64,000 nt of DNA from Phenylobacterium sp. (lineage in GTDB: Bacteria; Pseudomonadota; Alphaproteobacteria; Caulobacterales; Caulobacteraceae), in NCBI RefSeq assembly GCF_030645195.1, contig NZ_JAUSLW010000111.1, positions 1,885 to 65,884 on the forward strand, in the 5' to 3' direction. The position numbers and the translations under genes were made by a program. Below are positions 53,343 through 63,212 of the stretch, piece after piece (the first letter of the stretch is position 1; every line of letters starts with the position of its first letter). Below the pieces are notes generated by a model. The model had not been told where the DNA came from, ran no database searches, and worked only from the letters and a program-made list of their open reading frames with translations.

Positions 53343-54365
53343 TCAGGCGCCCTTGGGCTTGTAGTAGTCCAGGTACCAGTCGACGAACCGTCCGATGCCG
53401 GTCTCGATGGGGGTCGCAGGCGCGTAGTCGAGGGCGGTCTGGGTCTCGGCGGTGTCGGCCTCGGTGCGGCTGACGTCGCCGGGCTGCATGGGCATGAGGT
53501 TGAGCTGCGCCTTGCGGCCGAGCTTCTCCTCCAGCACCTGGATATAGCGCATCAGCTCCACCCTCTGGCTGTTGCCGAGGTTGAGGATGCGCCAGGGGGC
53601 GACGCCGCTGGTGGCCGGATTGGGCGTCTGGGCGTCCCAGGTCGGGTCGATCCCCGGCGGCCGGTCGAGGCCGGCGATCACGCCCGAGACGATGTCGTCC
53701 ACATAGGTGAAGTCCCGCTGCATCTTGCCCTGGCCGTAGACGTCGATGGGCTCGCCCTTGAGGATGGCGTCGGTGAACTTGAACAGCGCCATGTCCGGCC
53801 GGCCCCACGGACCATAGACGGTGAAGAACCGGAAGCCTGTCGAGGGGATGCCGAACAGGTGAGCGTAGGAATGGGCCATGGACTCGTTGGCGAGTTTGGT
53901 GGCCGCGTAGAGGGTGATCGGATGGTGCACCGGATCGCGCACCGAGAAGGGCAGCTTGCCGTTGGCGCCGTAGACCGAGCTGGTGGAGGCGAAGACCAGG
54001 TGCTTGGGCTGGGTGGCGCGGCAGCCCTCCAGGATGTTGAGGAAGCCGACGACGTTGGAATCCACATAGGCCTCGGGGTTTTCCAGGCTGTAGCGGACGC
54101 CGGCCTGGGCGGCGAGATTGATCACCCCGTCGGGCTTCACCTCCTGGAACAGCTTGGCGACGGCCTCGCGGTCGGCCAGGTCGATCTTGGCGTGGCGATA
54201 GCCCTGGCGGGCCTCCAGGCGGGCCAGACGCGCCTGCTTGAGGGTCGGATCATAATAGGCGTTGAGGTCGTCGAGGCCGACCACCTCGTCCCCGCGATCG
54301 AGCAGGCGATGGGCGGTGTGCGAGCCGATGAAGCCCGCCGATCCGGTGACAAGTACGATCGCCAT
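53343..54365 (-). CDS. NAD-dependent epimerase (UDP-glucuronate 4-epimerase type)
   Basis: TGSAGFIG, LAAQAGVRYSLENP, YAATK, RFFTVYGPWGRPDM. Confidence 0.93.
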   Translation of the reverse strand: MAIVLVTGSAGFIGSHTAHRLLDRGDEVVGLDDLNAYYDPTLKQARLARLEARQGYRHAKIDLADREAVAKLFQEVKPDGVINLAAQAGVRYSLENPEAYVDSNVVGFLNILEGCRATQPKHLVFASTSSVYGANGKLPFSVRDPVHHPITLYAATKLANESMAHSYAHLFGIPSTGFRFFTVYGPWGRPDMALFKFTDAILKGEPIDVYGQGKMQRDFTYVDDIVSGVIAGLDRPPGIDPTWDAQTPNPATSGVAPWRILNLGNSQRVELMRYIQVLEEKLGRKAQLNLMPMQPGDVSRTEADTAETQTALDYAPATPIETGIGRFVDWYLDYYKPKGA

Positions 54366-54432
54366 GAAACTCTCTTACCGCAGGTATGATGACTGTTCCG
54401 ACCGCCCGAAAGGCGCGATCGGAGCCTGCCGC

Positions 54433-56373
54433 CTAGCCGTTGGCCACGACCCGGAGGGCCGGGGCTGTCCCGGGCTTCTCGCCCCGGATCTGGGCGACCA
54501 GATCGAAGAGGGCGCGCCGCACCTCGTCCACGTCGCCCTTGTCGGCGAGGCCCTCGAGATCGAGCAGGTGGTTGGCGGTGATGCGCAGGGCCGAGGAGGA
54601 GACCACCTCCATGACCTTGGGCGCGCAGGGCAGGGAGCGCTCGGTCTCGTCCAACAACGCCTCGGTGAGCTTCTCGCCGGGACGCAGGCCGGTGATCTCG
54701 ATCTCGATGTCCTTGCCGGGCAAGCGGCCCGACAGGGCGATCATCTGGCGGGCCAGATCCATGATCCGCACGGGCTCGCCCATCTCCAGCAGGAAGAGGC
54801 GGGCGTGCGAGGTCTCGGCGCCCTCGGCGCTGGTGGCGGTAGCGTGCAGCACCAGCTGGGCGGCCTCGGGGATGGTCATGAAGTAGCGGGCCATCTCCTC
54901 GTGGGTCACGGTGACGGGCCCGCCGCGGTCGATCTGCGACTTGAAGATCGGCACGACCGAGCCGGCCGAGCCCAGGACGTTGCCGAAGCGCACGGCGGAG
55001 AAGCGCGTGCCGCGGCCGTTCTGCTGGGCCTGGATCACGGCCTCGGCCAGGCGCTTGGTGGCGCCCATGACGTTGGAGGGATCGACCGCCTTGTCGGTGG
55101 AGATGAGCACCATCTGGGCGGCTCCGCAGGCGCGCGCGCCCTCGGCGACGTTCCAGGTGCCCACCACATTGGTCAGTACGCCCTCGCAGGGGTGACGCTC
55201 GACCATGGAGACGTGTTTCAGGGCCGCGGCGTGGAAGACCAGGTCGGGCTTCTGGCGTTGGAAGCACTCGGCGATCCGGTTGGCGTTTCGCACATCCACC
55301 AGGGCCGCGTGCCGCGACAGGTTGGGGAAGGTCTCGCCGAGTTCGCGGTCGATCTCGAACAGCGAGGTCTCCGAGAAGTCCAGCATGGTGACGTGGGCGG
55401 CCTGATAGGCGGCGACCTGGCGGACCAGTTCGGCGCCGATGGAGCCGCCGGCCCCGGTGATCAACACCCGGCGGCCGTGGATCAGGGCCTTGACGGCCTC
55501 GTGGTCCAGTTCGATCGGCTCGCGGGCCAAGAGCTCCTCGACGCTGATCTCGCGCATCGGCAGCAGGGCCATGCCGTCATGCTGCGACAGCTCCACGATG
55601 GAGGGCAAGCGCAGCAGGCGGATGCCGTCGTTCTTCAGCCGGCCCAGTTGATCGGCCGTGAGGCCCTTCAGCCGGCCGGGTTCGTCCAGGAACAGGATGG
55701 CGCGGGGATAGCGGTTCCAGCGCCGGAGGTCGGCGAGGGCGGCGTCGAGGTTGTCGATGCTCTCGATGATGCAGACGCCGCGAACCTGCTGGCCCACGTC
55801 GCGGGCCTCGGGACCCACGATGCCCACCGGGGTCCAGGCGTGGTCGTGGCGGCGGGCCACGTCGCGCAGATAGGTGTCGGCGAGCGCCGTCGGGCCGATC
55901 AGCAGCAGGGAGGGGGCCTGGGGCGCGCGGTCGCGGACGGACTTCAGCGGGGCGAAGCTGTCCAGGGCGTGCTCGTGCAGGGCGCGGCGCATGATCCGCG
56001 CGCCCATCGAGCCGGTCATCTGGAAGATGGTGGCCATGGCCAGGACCGAACGCGGCAGGCCGCTCGCCCGGTCAATGACGAAAACCGCCAGCAGGAAGAC
56101 GCCCGCGGTCAAGACCGCGGTCCGGGCCAGGACCAGGGCGTCGGGAATGGAAACGTAGCGCCAGGGCGAAAGCTCGCGGCGGAATACGGTGGAGAAGACC
56201 GCGGCGAGAGCCGCGTAGAGGCACACCAGCTGGGCGATATTGAGGGCCGAGAGGTCACCCTCGTCCAGTCCCATGGTGCGGGTGGCCGAGAGCAGATAGG
56301 CGAGGAAGAAGGCTCCCGCGGCGATCAAGGTGTCGACGACGACGGTCTGGGCTCGGTTGGCCATCTGCTCCAT
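54433..56373 (-). CDS. Polysaccharide biosynthesis dehydratase (CapD/WbpM/PglF type)
   Basis: N-terminal TMs, TGAGGSIG, HAAALKHV, STDKAV, RFGNVLGS.GSV. Confidence 0.92.
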   Translation of the reverse strand: MEQMANRAQTVVVDTLIAAGAFFLAYLLSATRTMGLDEGDLSALNIAQLVCLYAALAAVFSTVFRRELSPWRYVSIPDALVLARTAVLTAGVFLLAVFVIDRASGLPRSVLAMATIFQMTGSMGARIMRRALHEHALDSFAPLKSVRDRAPQAPSLLLIGPTALADTYLRDVARRHDHAWTPVGIVGPEARDVGQQVRGVCIIESIDNLDAALADLRRWNRYPRAILFLDEPGRLKGLTADQLGRLKNDGIRLLRLPSIVELSQHDGMALLPMREISVEELLAREPIELDHEAVKALIHGRRVLITGAGGSIGAELVRQVAAYQAAHVTMLDFSETSLFEIDRELGETFPNLSRHAALVDVRNANRIAECFQRQKPDLVFHAAALKHVSMVERHPCEGVLTNVVGTWNVAEGARACGAAQMVLISTDKAVDPSNVMGATKRLAEAVIQAQQNGRGTRFSAVRFGNVLGSAGSVVPIFKSQIDRGGPVTVTHEEMARYFMTIPEAAQLVLHATATSAEGAETSHARLFLLEMGEPVRIMDLARQMIALSGRLPGKDIEIEITGLRPGEKLTEALLDETERSLPCAPKVMEVVSSSALRITANHLLDLEGLADKGDVDEVRRALFDLVAQIRGEKPGTAPALRVVANG

Positions 56374-56541
56374 GGAATCGCACTCCGCTCAGGTCGTCTA
56401 ACCGGCCACCATAGAGGTGTCGGCGCGACCGTCCAATGAAACTCCCGACTAAGCGCGGTTCTTGCTCCTATTGGGCGAGTGACCGCATGTTTTCACCGGC
56501 GCGCGGCGCAGATACTCGAGCTTGGCCCAGCGCAAAATAGA

Positions 56542-56568
56542 AAAGCCGCCCCGGGTGGGGGCGGCTTT
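56542..56568 (-). terminator. Intrinsic terminator of the porin gene
   Basis: 11-bp stem AAAGCCGCCCC / GGGGCGGCTTT; the minus strand continues into a T-rich tract. Confidence 0.8.
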
Positions 56569-56594
56569 CCCGAAAACAAATCTAGCTGGAAGGC

Positions 56595-57287
56595 TTAGAA
56601 GCTGGCCTTCACGCCGATGACGACCTTGGCGTCGTAGATGTCGCCGAAGCCGTGCTCGTCGGTGTCCCAATAGCGCAGGTCGAAGCCGACGGTGTCGTTC
56701 AGCGCGTAGCCCACGCCCAGGTTCCAGGTGTTGTAGTCGAAGGCGCCTTCGACTTCCTGGTGGCCGACAGCGCCGGAGACCGACACCTTGTCGGCGACGG
56801 GAACCGCGCCGTTGATTTCATAATAGGTGGCCTTGCCGGTCTTGCCGAAGAACTCCGGCGAATAGAAGACCGTCGCGCCGATCGTGGCCGGGCCGACCGC
56901 GGTCGAAGCGGCGGCCTTGTACTCCACGAAGTCTTCGTGGCTGCCGGAAGGCTGGTTGGTGTAGCCGTAGTAGAAGACGCCCAGGTCAAGGTTGACCGCG
57001 CCCACGACGGGCTTCACGCCGGCGTAGAGGTCGTATTCCAGGTCGGTGCCGTTGTTGAAATCGACGTTCGACAGCCACACGCCGGCGTAGCCGATGCCGT
57101 ACAGGGTCGCGTCGGCGCCGCCGAAGATCTGGCCGCTGTTGTCCGTCTGGCTGACGCCGCGGAACATGTAGTCGCTGGCCGCGCCGAGGTTGAAGGACAG
57201 CGCGATGTCTTCGTCGGCTGCGAGAGCGCTTCCACTCATGGCGGCGGTGGCCGCGGCGGCGAGAAGCATGATTTTGAGAGTCTTCAT
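56595..57287 (-). CDS. TorF-family putative porin (TIGR02001-like)
   Basis: ASDYMFRGVSQT, DLYAG, C-terminal KASF; signal peptide. Confidence 0.85.
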   Translation of the reverse strand: MKTLKIMLLAAAATAAMSGSALAADEDIALSFNLGAASDYMFRGVSQTDNSGQIFGGADATLYGIGYAGVWLSNVDFNNGTDLEYDLYAGVKPVVGAVNLDLGVFYYGYTNQPSGSHEDFVEYKAAASTAVGPATIGATVFYSPEFFGKTGKATYYEINGAVPVADKVSVSGAVGHQEVEGAFDYNTWNLGVGYALNDTVGFDLRYWDTDEHGFGDIYDAKVVIGVKASF

Positions 57288-57496
57288 TTCGTTTATCCCC
57301 ATTTTCTTCAGCCGAGCTCCGCCCAACCGTCACCGGAGATCGCCACGGGGGTGACGCTCAGATCAACGCAGGCCGGCGCACAGGCCGCTCCCAACTACCC
57401 TCTGCTCGGAAAATGTGCGTTAACAGAACGTGATGCTGAGCGTTTAGGCGCCGAGCTGTGCCTTAGGCGCCACGGCGCGGTGTCGGGGGTCAAGCG

Positions 57497-58300
57497 TCAA
57501 CGCATCGCCAGGGGCGAATAGTTCAGGTGAGTCCCCGCATCGACCAGCAGGGTCTCGCCGGTGATATGTTTCGAAGCAGGCGCGGCCAGAAACACCGCAG
57601 CCCCGGCGATATCCTCGGCGCTGGAGGCGGCCTTGAGCGGGGTCGAGGCCGCGGCGCCTTCGCGCATCCGTTGCGCGCGTTCGGCGCCCACGCCCTTGCC
57701 GAACCAGGGGGTGTCGATGAAGCCTGGGCAGATGGCGTTGACCCGGATCTTCGGGGCCAGCGCGCGGGCGAGTGACAGGGTCATGGTGGTCAGGGCGCCC
57801 TTGGAGGCGGCATAGGGCACCGAGGAGCCGATGCCCGCCACGCCGGCGATGGACGAGGTGTTGACTACGGCGCCGGGTTGCGGCGCGGCCTCCAGCAGGG
57901 TGCGGGCGGCCCGGACCATCTGGTAGGCGCCCACCACATTCACGCTGTAGAGCCGCAGGAAGTCCTCGGCGGTGACCGCTTCGAGATCGGCATGATTGGG
58001 CGCGAACTTGGTGACGCCGGCATTGTTGAACAGGGCGTCGATCCGTCCGAACGGCTCGGCGGCCGCGACGATCCGGCGACAGTCCTCGTCGGAGGCGACG
58101 TCGCCTTGCACCACCACGGCCTTGGCGCCTTGGGCCTCGACCTGGCGCGCGGTCTCGGCGGCCTCCTCGGCGCTGGAGGCGTAGTTGATGATCACCGCCG
58201 CGGCGCCGCGGCTGGCGGTCTCCACGGCGATGGCGCGACCCAGGCCGGTGGAGGCGCCGGTCACCACCACCACGAATTCGTTGAAGTCCTTGCCGCTCAT
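57497..58300 (-). CDS. Short-chain dehydrogenase/reductase
   Basis: TGASTGLG, NNAG, YAASK, VNAICPG. Confidence 0.92.
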   Translation of the reverse strand: MSGKDFNEFVVVVTGASTGLGRAIAVETASRGAAAVIINYASSAEEAAETARQVEAQGAKAVVVQGDVASDEDCRRIVAAAEPFGRIDALFNNAGVTKFAPNHADLEAVTAEDFLRLYSVNVVGAYQMVRAARTLLEAAPQPGAVVNTSSIAGVAGIGSSVPYAASKGALTTMTLSLARALAPKIRVNAICPGFIDTPWFGKGVGAERAQRMREGAAASTPLKAASSAEDIAGAAVFLAAPASKHITGETLLVDAGTHLNYSPLAMR

Positions 58301-58395
58301 CGCGCGTCCCTTCCCCTGAGTTTGAGCCGTGATAACCCCTCGCCGCGCCGGAGTCTCGGTTGCGGCGGGCGCCCGCGGGCGGTAAAGCGCGCGCC

Positions 58396-58851
58396 ATGGA
58401 CGAGACCCACCTGACCCAGCTCGGCCGCGAGGCCCGCGGCTTCGCCTCGCCGGAGGAGGCCGTGCTCGAGCGGGTTCCTAACCCCCAGGCCGACAGCCCC
58501 TACCTGGCCCGGTTCACGGTCCCGGAGTTCACCTCCCTGTGCCCGGTGACGGCCCAGCCGGATTTCGCCCATCTGGTGATCGACTACGCGCCGGCCGCGT
58601 GGCTGATCGAATCCAAGTCGCTGAAGCTCTATCTGGGCGCCTTCCGCAATCACGGCGCCTTCCACGAGGACTGCACGGTGGCCATCGGTCGCAAGATCGT
58701 CGAGGTCGCCCAGCCCCGTTGGCTGCGGATCGGCGGCTACTGGTTCCCGCGCGGCGGCATTCCCATCGATGTCTTCTGGCAGAGCGGCGCCCCGCCCGAG
58801 GGGTTATGGATTCCAGATCAAGGTGTCGCGCCCTATCGCGGTCGCGGCTGA
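58396..58851 (+). CDS. queF: preQ1 synthase (7-cyano-7-deazaguanine reductase)
   Basis: [34 protein letters not shown]. Confidence 0.95.
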   Translation: MDETHLTQLGREARGFASPEEAVLERVPNPQADSPYLARFTVPEFTSLCPVTAQPDFAHLVIDYAPAAWLIESKSLKLYLGAFRNHGAFHEDCTVAIGRKIVEVAQPRWLRIGGYWFPRGGIPIDVFWQSGAPPEGLWIPDQGVAPYRGRG

Positions 58852-59087
58852 CGAAACTTCAGGGTCTTCGCGAAGTTGGGCCGCGATTTCGCGGCAGGTG
58901 TTTGCAGGTGAAAGTTCAAGCTTCACAGTAAAGGGAGGGCGGGTCTTCCGGGCGATCTTTCGATCCAAGAGTCCATCGAGTCCCCGGGCGGGACAGGCTG
59001 ACGCACGAATCAAGCGTCGACTAGCCGACGTCGCCAAAATGGGGTAAGGATTGGTCGCCCAACTCTCCTCGGGCGTGTCACACTTCA

Positions 59088-59117
59088 GGCCGGGCGGCGA
59101 CCCTTCGCCGTCCGGCC
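59088..59117. terminator. Strong hairpin after the nitroreductase
   Basis: GGCCGGGCGGCGA-CCCT-TCGCCGTCCGGCC, 13-bp stem with one G-T pair; no clear U tract. Confidence 0.45.
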
Positions 59118-59125
59118 GTCGTGTT

Positions 59126-59737
59126 TCAGGGCCGCCAGGTGGTGATCAGGCTTGCGACGTCGGGCCGTTCCCGCTCCTGCGGTGGCTCCTTCGGGACGCC
59201 CAGGAAGACGAAGCCCGCCACCTTCTCCCCAGGCTCCAGGCCCAGGATCGCCTTGGCCTCTTCATCATAGGCGTACCAGTCGGTGATCCAGTTGGCGCCG
59301 TAGCCCAGGGCCTGGGCGGCGTAGAGCAGGGTGGTGCAGACCGCGCCGGCCGAGAGCAGTTGCTCCCACTCCGGAATCTCTCCCGCCTTCGGCCGCGAGA
59401 CCACCGCCACCCCAAGCGGCGGGATCTTCAGCTTGGCCAGCTTGGCGGCGGAACGGGCGTCGCCGCGGGAATTGGCCAGGGCCTCCAGCCGGTCGGCGAA
59501 GACCGCCTTGGCGGCGGACTCAAGAACGATGAACCGCCAGGGGGCGAGCTTGCCATGGTCGGGAACCCGGGCGGCGAGCCGCAGAAGGCTGTCCAGTTCG
59601 CCGGCGGTGGGGGCCGGTTCGGCCAGGGTTACGGCAGAGGCCGACCGGCGGTTGGCCAGGAAGCTCAGGACCTCGGGGCAGGGTTGCTGCGGAACCGGCT
59701 GGCCGAACAGCGGGGCGGCGGGAAGCGACAGGGTCAT
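59126..59737 (-). CDS. Nitroreductase (YdjA-like)
   Basis: RRSAS, ARVPDHGKLAPWRF, GYGANWITD. Confidence 0.9.
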   Translation of the reverse strand: MTLSLPAAPLFGQPVPQQPCPEVLSFLANRRSASAVTLAEPAPTAGELDSLLRLAARVPDHGKLAPWRFIVLESAAKAVFADRLEALANSRGDARSAAKLAKLKIPPLGVAVVSRPKAGEIPEWEQLLSAGAVCTTLLYAAQALGYGANWITDWYAYDEEAKAILGLEPGEKVAGFVFLGVPKEPPQERERPDVASLITTWRP

Positions 59738-59814
59738 CTTGGAGCGCGCCTCATTAGGAAAGCCGATAGGGGAGTTCTCTTATATGGGGGTGGTTTCGCA
59801 AGCTAGTTGAGAAC

Positions 59815-60429
59815 ATGTCGCAAAAACCGAGCTGGCTTGTGGCGCACGGGCGTCCCTGGACCAAGGGGCCGCCGCGGCCGATCTACGACAATCCCTGGAT
59901 CAGTGTGACCGAGTACGACGCCGTGGCGCCGACGGGGGCCGACGCGCTTTACGGGGTGGTCAGCTTCAAGAATTTCGCCATGGCGATCCTGCCGATCCAC
60001 GACGACGGAACCGTCACCCTGGTGGGCCAGAACCGGCTGCCCTTCGCCGATTACAGCTGGGAGATCCCTGAGGGCGGCGGGCCACTGGCCGACGATCCCC
60101 TGGAGAGCGCCAAGCGCGAACTGCTGGAGGAGACCGGCCTGGAAGCGGCCCACTGGACGGAGATCCTGCGGATGCAGCTTTCCAATTCGGTCACCGACGA
60201 ACAGGCCTTCGGCTACCTCGCCACCGGCCTGAGCCAGGTCCAGGCCGAGCCGGAGGGCGACGGCACTGAAGATATACTGAGGGCGCGCGTACCTTTTCGG
60301 GAAGCGCTGGATGCGGCGGTCGCGGGTTATATGCAGGACGCCCTGACGGTTGCGATGCTGCTTAGGGGCTACCACATGGCCAGGGAGGGAGCTTTGCCGA
60401 GCGATCTTTCGACGGCCATGCTAGGATAA
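59815..60429 (+). CDS. NUDIX hydrolase
   Basis: Nudix box PEGGG..LESAKRELLEETG. Confidence 0.9.
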   Translation: MSQKPSWLVAHGRPWTKGPPRPIYDNPWISVTEYDAVAPTGADALYGVVSFKNFAMAILPIHDDGTVTLVGQNRLPFADYSWEIPEGGGPLADDPLESAKRELLEETGLEAAHWTEILRMQLSNSVTDEQAFGYLATGLSQVQAEPEGDGTEDILRARVPFREALDAAVAGYMQDALTVAMLLRGYHMAREGALPSDLSTAMLG

Positions 60430-60458
60430 AAAGGTACGTCATGGGACGGGAGAAGCCG

Positions 60459-61289
60459 ATGAGCCAGCGCCTGGAAGTCATCGACCCGGCGGCGCCGCCG
60501 CCGGTGTGGGCCGCGTTGCGCAACGAAGCCGAGCGGGCCGCTCAGTCGGAGCCGACCCTGGCCTCGCTGCTGAACGCGGTGGTGCTGAGCCACCACGACC
60601 TGGGCGCCGCCCTGAGCTACCAGTTGGCGCGCAAGCTGGGCGACCAGGAGTTGCGGGCCATGAGCCTGCGCGAGCTGGCCGACGCCGCCTACAACGACAA
60701 TCCCAATCTGGTGGACATCGCCGAGGCCGACCTAAAGGCGGTCTTCGAGCGCGACCCGGCCTGCAAGGGCTATGTCCAGCCGTTCCTGTTCTTCAAGGGC
60801 TTCCAGGCCCTGCAGACCCAGCGGGTCGCCAACTGGCTCTGGGGTCAGGGCCGCGAGACCATCGCGCTCTACCTGCAGAGCCGCATGTCGGAGGTTTTCC
60901 AGGTGGACATCCATCCGGCCACCAAGATCGGCTCGGGGGTGTTCATCGACCACGGCACCGGTATCGTCATCGGTGAGACCGCGGTGATCGGCGACGACGT
61001 CTCCTTGCTTCAGGGGGTCACCCTGGGCGGCACGGGCGCAGAGCGCGGCGACCGCCACCCCAAGATCGGCAAGGGCGTCCTGCTGGGCGCCGGCGCCAAG
61101 GTGCTGGGCAATATCAAGATCGGCGACTACGCCAAGATCGCCTCGGGTTCGGTGGTGCTCAAACCGGTGCCGGCCCACTGCACGGCCGCAGGCGTGCCCG
61201 CCCGCCTGGTCAATTGCCCGACCTGCGACGAGCCGGCGCGCAGCATGGACCACACCCTGGCCGAAGCTGTGTACGACTACGTCATCTGA
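60459..61289 (+). CDS. cysE: Serine O-acetyltransferase (alternative start 60441)
   Basis: RDPAC, VDIHPA, DHGTGIVIGET, RHPKIG, hexapeptide repeats. Confidence 0.95.
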   Translation: MSQRLEVIDPAAPPPVWAALRNEAERAAQSEPTLASLLNAVVLSHHDLGAALSYQLARKLGDQELRAMSLRELADAAYNDNPNLVDIAEADLKAVFERDPACKGYVQPFLFFKGFQALQTQRVANWLWGQGRETIALYLQSRMSEVFQVDIHPATKIGSGVFIDHGTGIVIGETAVIGDDVSLLQGVTLGGTGAERGDRHPKIGKGVLLGAGAKVLGNIKIGDYAKIASGSVVLKPVPAHCTAAGVPARLVNCPTCDEPARSMDHTLAEAVYDYVI

Positions 61290-61346
61290 CGGTTCCTAAG
61301 ATCGCCGCGAGCCGCTAGGTTCCGCGGCTGTTGAATCGCCGAGGAG

Positions 61347-61559
61347 ATGGCCGTGGACGAGAGAATGATGCGCAAGTTGGAGGGCCACCTGCGCGGCACC
61401 TTCGCCAATGCGCGGATCAGCCTGGTTCCCCGTCCCAAGCAGAAGGACTCGGCCGAGGTCTATATCAACGACGAGTTCATCGGCGTGGTCTTCGAGGACG
61501 AGGACGGCGACGGCTCCTTCATGTTCGAGATGGCGATCCTGGCCGAGGACCTGCCCTAG
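61347..61559 (+). CDS. DUF3126 family protein
   Basis: RPKQKDSAEVYINDEFIGV..FEMAIL. Confidence 0.8.
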   Translation: MAVDERMMRKLEGHLRGTFANARISLVPRPKQKDSAEVYINDEFIGVVFEDEDGDGSFMFEMAILAEDLP

Positions 61560-61672
61560 ACCCTGACCGTTTCAGATGGGCTCATCTGAAACGGCAAGAA
61601 GGGTCCATTTTCAAAACATTAGAGCACGTCGGGCGGCGGAACCGGCATCCACTTCCGCCTGACGTGCTCTAG
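61556..61672 (-). repeat. CIR-like repeat (117 bp)
   Basis: CTAG at both ends, two hairpins; 111/117 identical to the copy at 63213. Confidence 0.92.
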
Positions 61673-62080
61673 CAGGCGTCCGTCCGCCTGAACCGGTCTT
61701 CGCTTCAGGCGGTCGCGCCCTGCAGCGTGTCGGCGATCGCCGGCCCGCCGCGCGTCGGTGACCCCGCCCCGTCGGTAGGCCCGACGCCCCTGCCGACAAC
61801 CTTGATCCTCGTCATGTTGGGCCTGTGCGGCCCTTGCTAGCTCAGAGACGCGCCCGCGCCTGAACGGGCGCATGCGGTGCGACGCCCCCCGCGTCAAACC
61901 CAGGCCTTCGACGCCGCGCCCGGGGGGGCGGGCGGCGAAGTGAGGTGACTCAGACCGGGCCTCCCTCCTGTCCTGACCGGGAGGCCCGGTCGCCGCCTCT
62001 CGCCGGCCCGCCCCGGGCCGTGCGCCCGCGACGCTGGCCACGATTGTTGCTAAGGTGATCCTGTCGGTGGCGGAGGGATC

Positions 62081-63172
62081 ATGAAGCCAAGTTGGCCCAG
62101 GCGTCTGGGGCGGGTCGGGCCGCCGCCCGGCGGGGTGCGCGCCGAGCCGCACGGATTCTCCCAGGTCCGCTTCATCGGCGACGAGGACGAGCAGGGCTTG
62201 GCGCGTTTCTATGGCGAACTGCCGACCCGCGCCCCGACCTCCACGCCCGACTGCCTGCGAGTCCTGGCCCTGTCGGGCGGTGGGGCGGGCGGCGCCTTCG
62301 GGGCCGGGGCCATGCTGGGCCTCACCCAGTCCGGAGCCCGACCGAAGTTCGACATCGTGACCGGGGTCAGCACCGGGGCCCTGATCGCCCCCTTCGCCTT
62401 CCTCGGTTCCGACTGGGACGAGCAGCTCGCCGGCGCCTATCTGGGCGACCAGACCTCAGTGATCCTCGACTGGACCACCCTGCGGCCGGGCGCCGGCCTG
62501 TACGCCAGCGACCCGCTGTCGGGCCTGGTGCGGCGCTACATCGACGCCGAGCTGCTGGCGGCCGTCGCCGTCGCCCATGCCGAGGGCCGTCGCCTGTTCG
62601 TCGCCACCGCCAACCTGGACACCCAGAGGCTGTCGATCTGGGACATGGGGGCCATCGCCAGCCAGGGCGGGCCGGAGGCCCTGATGCTGTTCAAGGACGT
62701 GCTGATCGCCTCGGCCAGCATGCCAGGCCTGTTTCCGCCCAAGATGATCTCGGTGGCCACCGAGGACGCGGTCTTCGCCGAGATGCATGTGGACGGGGGC
62801 ACCATCACCCCGCTGTTCGTGGCGCCCGAGCCGCTGATCGTCCGCCGCGCCCAGCAATGGGCGGTGCGGGAGGTGGAGGTCTACGCCCTGGTCAACACCA
62901 CCCTGGAGCCGGTCTCGGCGGCGACCCCCATGGGGGTGGTGCCGATCCTGATCCGCAGCTTCGAGCTGATGCTGCGGTCCACCTATCGAAACGCCCTGCG
63001 CTCGGTGGAGGCCTATTGCGAGATCAACGGCTTCGCCCTGCGCACCGCCTCGATCCCCGCCGATTTCGGCGGAATCAACATGCTGCGGTTCGACCACGGC
63101 CTGTTGAACAACATGTTCGAGCACGGCGCGGAACTGGCCCGCAACGAACGGCTGTGGACGAAGATCCGGTGA
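62081..63172 (+). CDS. Patatin-like phospholipase family protein
   Basis: LSGGGAGGAFGAG, GVSTG, DGG; GGAGG ribosome site. Confidence 0.88.
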   Translation: MKPSWPRRLGRVGPPPGGVRAEPHGFSQVRFIGDEDEQGLARFYGELPTRAPTSTPDCLRVLALSGGGAGGAFGAGAMLGLTQSGARPKFDIVTGVSTGALIAPFAFLGSDWDEQLAGAYLGDQTSVILDWTTLRPGAGLYASDPLSGLVRRYIDAELLAAVAVAHAEGRRLFVATANLDTQRLSIWDMGAIASQGGPEALMLFKDVLIASASMPGLFPPKMISVATEDAVFAEMHVDGGTITPLFVAPEPLIVRRAQQWAVREVEVYALVNTTLEPVSAATPMGVVPILIRSFELMLRSTYRNALRSVEAYCEINGFALRTASIPADFGGINMLRFDHGLLNNMFEHGAELARNERLWTKIR

Positions 63173-63212
63173 GTCGGCCGGCCTCGGAGCCCCCGAGGCC
63201 GGCCTTCACGCG

